Source: Chrysochromulina tobinii | Taxonomy: Eukaryota | Length of the DNA stretch: 33,789 bases | Direction: 5' to 3' | Assembly: GCA_001275005.1 (NCBI GenBank) | Contig: JWZX01002920.1 | Coordinates: forward strand, 1 to 33,789 | Part shown: in pieces, positions 28,037-33,789 of the stretch | Numbering within the stretch: the first letter of the stretch is position 1 | How the letters are laid out: every line of letters starts with the position of its first letter | Notes under the pieces: generated by a model | The model's database searches: none | What the model was told of the DNA's origin: nothing | What the model saw: the letters and a program-made list of their open reading frames with translations, nothing else | Position numbers and translations under genes: made by a program

Positions 28037-29221
28037 TTAATCGTGAAGGTTGGGCGAACGACGCCGAATCCGGCGAACAGGCCCGACCCGATCGGCACTA
28101 CTGTGATATATTATCGGCACGGCGGTCGCTCCAGCCTCCACACGACCGTCCCGCTCATGGTATATATCGCAGAACGCACGCGTCTCTGATCTCCTGTGAG
28201 AATCGCGCTCGAAGCTGTACGTGCCCTGTGAATAGCACTCCGCGTCGACTCCAAATCGCCTCTCAGCGAGCAGGCGGCAGCTGTGCGACCGACGCTGCTC
28301 GACAGACGGCTCAGCCCACGGATAAGGGTCCTGATAGATGGTGCTCACGCCCGCGTCACGCACGCTCCGGAGGAGCCTATGGCATGGGGAGTGCCGCCAC
28401 GCGGGCAGGTGGTGGCACTCCCATAGCAGCACGTCTACGAGGCCGAGCGTGCCATCGGCGATCATCTTGGGAATGATCGTGTGCTCCGCCCCCTCGACGT
28501 CAAGCTTCAGGACCACAAAGTCGGACGGTGCAAACGAGCTGCCCATCCAGGATGAGAAGTCGATCATGGCCGCTTGGTACGTGGGCACATTCTTGGCGTT
28601 GCCCCCGCCGCCGGTGATCAGCGCCACCGGGTTGTCTTGCATTTCCAGCGCGCCAGCCTTCTCGCCCACCGCCGCCGGCAGGAAGACGTAACGACTTCGC
28701 TCGACTGCGTCGCAACTGGCGCCGAGCGACAGCCTGTGCTGCAGCAGCGAGGCATTGTCGCTGAGCGCCGGGTCGGCGTGGATCGAGGCAAGGTTACGCG
28801 CAAGGGCGCGCTGCATGCACGGCACTAGCAGCTGGCGCTTATACACCTTTCGGTCGTGCTCCGACGCCGGGCGCAACCCAAGCTGCACCTTCGAGCAGTT
28901 GTAGCGCGCAGCGTACCGGGCGAGATCGCGAGTGCTTCCCGCCGGTGGAATCGGCGGCGTTGGCAGCGGCTGCCCCGCGGAGAGTGCGCGGTGGCAAAGA
29001 TTAGCGAACGGCGCGATGCGCTTGTTGGCCTCAAAGCCAAAGATGTGCCAGGGCTCTGCAAGCCGAGCCTTTGCCTCAGGCACGCTCTTGAAGATCAGCA
29101 GCGAGTTGCACCAGTTGACGCCAGCGTCGATGTACACGTTCCGCGGCGTGGGGCACGCCGGCACGCTTGATCGTGCGACCGCAAGCAGAAGCGACGCCGC
29201 AAAAAACATCGGTTGCAACAT
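28037..29221 (-). CDS. Secreted/signal-anchored FkbM-like methyltransferase; 3' end uncertain
   Basis: Signal peptide, then VYIDAGVN, IFGFEAN and DFVVLKLDVEGAEHTII..M...GT..LVDVLLWECH. The last ~85 codons are not recognisable. Confidence 0.78.
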   Translation of the reverse strand: MLQPMFFAASLLLAVARSSVPACPTPRNVYIDAGVNWCNSLLIFKSVPEAKARLAEPWHIFGFEANKRIAPFANLCHRALSAGQPLPTPPIPPAGSTRDLARYAARYNCSKVQLGLRPASEHDRKVYKRQLLVPCMQRALARNLASIHADPALSDNASLLQHRLSLGASCDAVERSRYVFLPAAVGEKAGALEMQDNPVALITGGGGNAKNVPTYQAAMIDFSSWMGSSFAPSDFVVLKLDVEGAEHTIIPKMIADGTLGLVDVLLWECHHLPAWRHSPCHRLLRSVRDAGVSTIYQDPYPWAEPSVEQRRSHSCRLLAERRFGVDAECYSQGTYSFERDSHRRSETRAFCDIYHERDGRVEAGATAVPIIYHSSADRVGPVRRIRRRSPNLHD

Positions 29222-29338
29222 TTTTGAAAGCGAAGTGTGAACACGGAAAAACGAACGGGGACAATATACAGTAGTGCCACTGAGGCTCTGGCGTGCTCGG
29301 CATGCTGCTCTGCGGCTCGGCGCTCGTCCGCGTCTGCG

Positions 29339-30208
29339 TCACGCTTCGTACAAGGCGCTGCCGTGGGCAACTTCTCCAGTTCCCGTCTCAAAACTGGTCC
29401 AGCCGGCTCGCTGCAGCGCTTCTCGTATGCACTTATCATCCACCCCCTGCTGCAGCACGAAGGCGACCCTCGCCTCGAGCGGCTCCGACGCATTCGCGGG
29501 GTGAGTCAAGAAGGCAAAGGCGATCTCCACAGCCCGCGCGTCGCATCCGGAAGAGGTTGCCGCCGCCGCCGCGTGTGCCACCTCCCCATTTCGATGCGCC
29601 GCGCGCAACTCCTCTGCTCGGGTCGGCGGCGCGTACATTCTCGGCTTGGATGCTGCGCTCGTCGACCTCTCGTGCTGGTGCTTTGTCCACATCGGTCCCT
29701 TGGTTCGGCCGGGCTCGAGGCCCGAGGCGGCCGAGGAGTCCGCCGTGGTTGCTCGCTGTGCCTCACGCTGATCCATCATATGCGTATAGCGAGCCTCAAG
29801 GCGTGCCTGACTCCGCGCCTTCATCGCGTCCGCGGGCGACTTGGTTTGGCCGCACTCGGTCGCCTCGTATTCACGCTTCTTTGCTTGCTGCCGTGCGACG
29901 AAAGCCCGCGCTTTCGCGTCAAAATCAGCCTTTTGTGACGCTGCGTCCAAATCACTGTCCTTGGCATGTCGCGCGCGCTTGGCGTTGAAATGGCTCCCTG
30001 GGGCTCCCTTCATCGGCGGGCGAGCACCTTCACGAAGTACTTCCCATGCAGCCTGCACCGCCCGGAATCGAGTGCCGTCGTCTCCACACTTGTCGGGGTG
30101 GTATTTCAGCGCCGCGACTTTCCACGCTGATTTGATCGTCGCGAGCGAGGCTGAGCTTTGGACGCCGAGGGTTTCGTACGGATCAGAGGCAAAATCCGTC
30201 CTCGCCAT
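29339..30208 (-). CDS. J-domain (DnaJ) protein with C-terminal Pex14_N-like helical domain
   Basis: J-domain DPYETLGV...IKSAWKVAALKYHPDK...FRAVQAAWEVL. C-terminal AVEIAFAFLTHP...PLEARVAFVLQQGVDDKCIREAL. Start at 30208 or 30244. Confidence 0.82.
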   Translation of the reverse strand: MARTDFASDPYETLGVQSSASLATIKSAWKVAALKYHPDKCGDDGTRFRAVQAAWEVLREGARPPMKGAPGSHFNAKRARHAKDSDLDAASQKADFDAKARAFVARQQAKKREYEATECGQTKSPADAMKARSQARLEARYTHMMDQREAQRATTADSSAASGLEPGRTKGPMWTKHQHERSTSAASKPRMYAPPTRAEELRAAHRNGEVAHAAAAATSSGCDARAVEIAFAFLTHPANASEPLEARVAFVLQQGVDDKCIREALQRAGWTSFETGTGEVAHGSALYEA

Positions 30209-30345
30209 TGAAATCCGCAAACGAATTTTTGTACATCCCGCCATCGCACGCGCGCCCTCCGGGGCTTGCGGGTGTGTGACTGGCCGAGAGCGCGGTGCGT
30301 GTGTGCTTTGCAAAAGGTCAGCTCTGACGACATCCACGAGCTTCG

Positions 30346-31459
30346 ATGCTTGGACGAACGATCGCCCGAAGTTTGCGTCGCGTGGCCCTCGGGGCCGCCG
30401 TGGGGTCCATGATGACCATCCAGCAGGACGCAAGCATGCTTGCTGCAGCCAAAGGCACGCTCGTCGGCACGGGAACGCTCGGCGGCGTCGGCCGAGGTGA
30501 GCCACTCAAGACGCTCTACCCAGCCATCGAGCCATACATGACTGGCCGATTGGAGGTTGGCAGTGGACACTCGTTGTATTACGAACAGTGCGGCAACGCC
30601 AACGGTAAGCCGGTCGTCTTCGTTCACGGTGGCCCTGGCAGCGGCTGCAGCGCGTCGAACCGGTGCTTCTTCGACCCGGAGCTATACCGCATCATCCTGA
30701 TCGACCAGCGCGGCGCGGGTCGCTCGACGCCGTCGGCAAGCCTGGAGGACAATACGACGTGGGATCCTGGTCAAGGACCTCGAGCGCCTGCGCACGACAC
30801 TCGACATCGACAAGTGGATGGTGTTCGGCGGCAGCTGGGGCAGCACGCTCTCGCTCACGTATGCGATCCAGCATCCAGAGAGAGTGACTGAGCTCGTACT
30901 CCGCGGAATCTTCATGCTTCGTCCGCTGGAGCTTTCCTTCTTCTACCAGGACGGCGCCAGCATGATCTTCCCCGACGCGTGGGCGGCATACGAGGCGCAC
31001 ATTCCCCCAGCGGAGCGCGGCGACATGATTGCGGCCTATCACAAACGCCTCACATCGACCGACGAGGCCACCCGGCTCGCCGCGGCAAAGCAGTGGACGA
31101 CCTGGGAGATGTGCACGTCCTTTGCAAAGCCCAACGCGGAGCAAATTGCCAAGGGTGAAGACCCCAAGTTCGCCGAACACTTCGCACGCATCGAGGCGCA
31201 CTACTTTGTGAACAAGGGCTTCTTCCCCACAGAGACCTACCTGCTGGACCATGTGGACAGGATTCGTCACATCCCCACGTTCATTGTGCAGGGGCGGTAT
31301 GATGTGGTCTGCCCGATGCGCTCGGCCTTCGACCTCTCGCAGGCCTTTCCCGAGGCCGAGCTCGTCATCTGCGGCCAATCAGGACACTCGGCGAACGAGC
31401 CCGAGACGATCTCGGAACTTGTGATGGCGTGCGATCGCTTTGTCGGAAAGAGATCCTGA
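30346..31459 (+). CDS. pip: Proline iminopeptidase (S33) with organellar-transit-like leader; apparent 1-bp insertion at ~30766 (assembly error or pseudogene)
   Basis: LYPAIEPY, VFVHGGPG, DQRGAGRSTP, NTTWD|LVKDLE, VFGGSWGSTL, LVLRGIF, FARIEAHYF, QGRYDVVCP and GHS motifs. Removing one C from GATCCTG restores a single ~370-aa ORF. Confidence 0.9.
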
Positions 31460-31653
31460 GGTGATGATAGGGTGAATGTTTGGGTGTGGGACCCATTCGC
31501 CTTCCTCCTTGACTTGACTTGAACCGCGGTTTGTCGTTACAATTTAACTACCTTTTACTCCTTCGTGCGCCGGAGCATATCGCGACCCGCGCCGCAGCCG
31601 ACGACACGCGTGTCGACCCCCAAAGCCCGACAGTTGCGTGCGGCATACCCCAC

Positions 31654-32046
31654 ATGTCGGGCCATAGCGAACCCAAGCTCTTGCAGAACGCCTTTATTTC
31701 CAGCCCGCTGTCCACTCGCTGGGCATCATCGACGCCTCTCACGAGTACTTCCACGCTCAAGGTTTCCCGCCGTCGCCCCCTCACCTCATCACAGAAGCTG
31801 GACATTCGGCCGGTCACGGACTGGACGTGGCTCATGTCCGGGCAGTCGGGGTCCCCCGCGCGCCTCGTGCAGCGTCCGTGGCCCGAGTATGTGCCTGAGT
31901 CGTCCGCCGCTGTCGGCCGCAAGTGGGATGGCTACAACTTGTCGGCGCTCGACGAAGGCCCCCAGTCACCGCTGCGCAAGATGCCCCGGAGCCCGTTCGC
32001 GCGCAAGCTCGAGCCTCTCGCCACGACGCCGCAGATGATTCGTTGA
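31654..32046 (+). CDS. Possible small hypothetical protein (~130 aa)
   Basis: ATG-initiated ORF with GC-rich third positions, bounded by AT-richer flanks. No recognisable domain. Confidence 0.3.
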   Translation: MSGHSEPKLLQNAFISSPLSTRWASSTPLTSTSTLKVSRRRPLTSSQKLDIRPVTDWTWLMSGQSGSPARLVQRPWPEYVPESSAAVGRKWDGYNLSALDEGPQSPLRKMPRSPFARKLEPLATTPQMIR

Positions 32047-32699
32047 TCCTGCGTTCCAACCAGGCGCACGTGTGTCCCATGCATTCGCCGGCGTCACGCA
32101 CAGAGTGGCTCTGGCACCGGTGTGTATGAGTAGAGGAGAGATTGAGAGTAACGATTGATCGCACGGCAAGCGATATCGCATGGCCGCCGCCATGAGTGCC
32201 CGGGCCCGGGCGCGCGCCAAGTATTGATTCCGGATACATGCAACATGTATGATTGCATTCAACGTTCCCAAACCGAGGTCGGTACGCGAAATTATAGGCG
32301 GTCTTGCGGGCAGGCCGATTAAACATCTAACATGAAAACGTACGTATTACTTAGTAGACGTATCGCGCGGAGCGGGGTCGTCCGAGGTGGCCGAACGTCA
32401 CGGAAGGCTCGGGGCTGTTTCTTGTTCAACATCCCTTGGAAGTGTGAGTCGCACACGCGCAGCGCACAGCCGGACCCGGAGACGTTTGCAGATCGTCCGG
32501 CGAGATATAGCAGATACGAGCGCGCGGTTCAAAAGCGAAAACGGAAAAGCGAAGAAGGTATAGTGGTATACGTAAAACATCATGCGGGCCTAACCGACGT
32601 ACGCGACGACGACAAGACGGGCAGTTCTTGAGTACATTGAGACCCCGTTCGCTTGCCTCCGGCTGCGTGCCTTTTGGCGGCGGCAGGTAGCTGCCTCTT

Positions 32700-33789
32700 C
32701 TACGTGCGCGGGCTGGCACCAGCGCCGAGTGTGCGTGCGCGTTCGCTGACCACAAAGAAGCCGGCGCGCACCCAGCCGCCGAACTCGTCCTCCTCCCCAT
32801 CGATGAAGGAGGCGAAGGCGTCGTGGCCGTCGAAAGGCGCGCCGCCCTCGCGCCCACCATCGCGCTCATCATGGTGCCCATCATGACGGAGCACTAGCCC
32901 GACCATGCGCTCGCCCTCATCGCTGCCCTCGCCGCCGCCTTCGTCAGCGTCGGCGTGTGAAGGAGTCGGCGCGGCCGTGATCGTGAAGGAGTCTGAGTGT
33001 GAAGGAGTCGGCGCGGCCTGTGCGGCCGTGCGCGTGCACCCGTCCATCGATCGATGATGGTGCACGAGCTCCAGCGCCTGCACGCTCAAAGTGGCGAGCG
33101 AGAGCTCAAAATGGGCGAGGAGCGGTGCTAGGAGGGCCGTGGGGCCAGCATGCCAGCACAGGGACCAGAAGACCGAGGGGAACAGGTGGCGTGCGCTCGC
33201 CCAAGCCTCGCGTAGCATGCGCCGGTCGCGCGGTGTGTCGAGCAGCGCCTCGATCTCGCGCAGCAGACGCGCCGGGCTGAGCAGGGGGCAAGTCAGCGCG
33301 GATGAGCGTGCCGCGTACGGCGACGAGGGCGCACTCTCCGTACCGTCGCCTCCCGCAGCCGAACCATCGGCGGTGGTGGCAGCGGCGCCGGCGCCGGGTG
33401 GCTGCGTGTTCGGATCGACGGTTACATGAAGCTCGGGCATCCACGGGGCCGCGCACGTGGGGCACTCGCACCCATAGTCGAGCCCCTCCCTCTGCGTACG
33501 TGCATACCAGCCACGCACCGCCTCCGCCGCCCCTAGGCGTGCGCCGCACCCGTCGCATCGGTAGTCGACGCTCAGGTGCACCATGCGGCCGCTCGCCCGG
33601 GACGAGGCGGCGATGAGCGCGGGGGCGGCCGTTGGCAGGGCAGGGGTGGCAGGGGCGGATGGGGCGGCTGCTGGCACGAAGGCACGATGGGCGCCGAGAT
33701 GGGAATCGTCGGCGGTGTCGTCGGCAGCCGCGGGGGGGGATGCCGCGGGGGGGATGCGTGGCGGGGGGGGATGGCCGGCGGGGGGGGAT
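32700..33789 (-). CDS. 3' part of a gene with a DENND4/CRAG-like C-terminal Cys-rich domain (putative Rab GEF); 5' end outside the window
   Basis: CDGCG...EAVRGW...CECPTCAAPWMPEL...LLSPARLLREIEALL...PSVFWSLCWH matches the pattern of the DENND4 C-terminus (CxxC..EIMAGW..CPFC..YLSPLV..KELE.LL..P.IFWNLVWY). The frame is open to the window edge. Confidence 0.72.
   Translation of the reverse strand, partial: SPPAGHPPPPRIPPAASPPAAADDTADDSHLGAHRAFVPAAAPSAPATPALPTAAPALIAASSRASGRMVHLSVDYRCDGCGARLGAAEAVRGWYARTQREGLDYGCECPTCAAPWMPELHVTVDPNTQPPGAGAAATTADGSAAGGDGTESAPSSPYAARSSALTCPLLSPARLLREIEALLDTPRDRRMLREAWASARHLFPSVFWSLCWHAGPTALLAPLLAHFELSLATLSVQALELVHHHRSMDGCTRTAAQAAPTPSHSDSFTITAAPTPSHADADEGGGEGSDEGERMVGLVLRHDGHHDERDGGREGGAPFDGHDAFASFIDGEEDEFGGWVRAGFFVVSERARTLGAGASPRT

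Overview
Gene-dense, GC-rich eukaryotic nuclear DNA. It is probably from an alga with a complex plastid; haptophyte-like is an inference from bipartite plastid-targeting leaders, minisatellite-filled spliceosomal introns and very short intergenic spacers. About 15 protein-coding genes can be supported. In order: a Vps39/TGFBRAP1-like tethering subunit; an F-box-like + unknown + Vint-type Hint protein; a plastid NAD(P)-binding Rossmann protein; an FHA-ankyrin-SET protein; a three-exon Tudor + PhyH-like 2OG-Fe(II) dioxygenase with an inserted CW-like zinc finger (not visible as one ORF); a PRMT7/9-like arginine methyltransferase; an AMP-binding acyl-CoA ligase; an FkbM methyltransferase; an LDAH-like hydrolase; an ankyrin protein; a lumenal FKBP; a Nudix hydrolase; a second FkbM methyltransferase; a DnaJ + Pex14_N protein; a proline iminopeptidase; and the 3' end of a DENND4-like gene. 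The most interesting signal is the 8.7-17.2 kb trio of adjacent putative chromatin/protein-methylation enzymes: a SET writer, a reader-bearing dioxygenase and a PRMT writer, the last two head-to-head 182 bp apart. Other notable items are the non-VWA Vint-Hint protein, splice-site duplications, a shared intronic CCTCTGA repeat family and a candidate (CAAGT)n-ended MITE. All domain calls are by eye from motifs; no searches were run.
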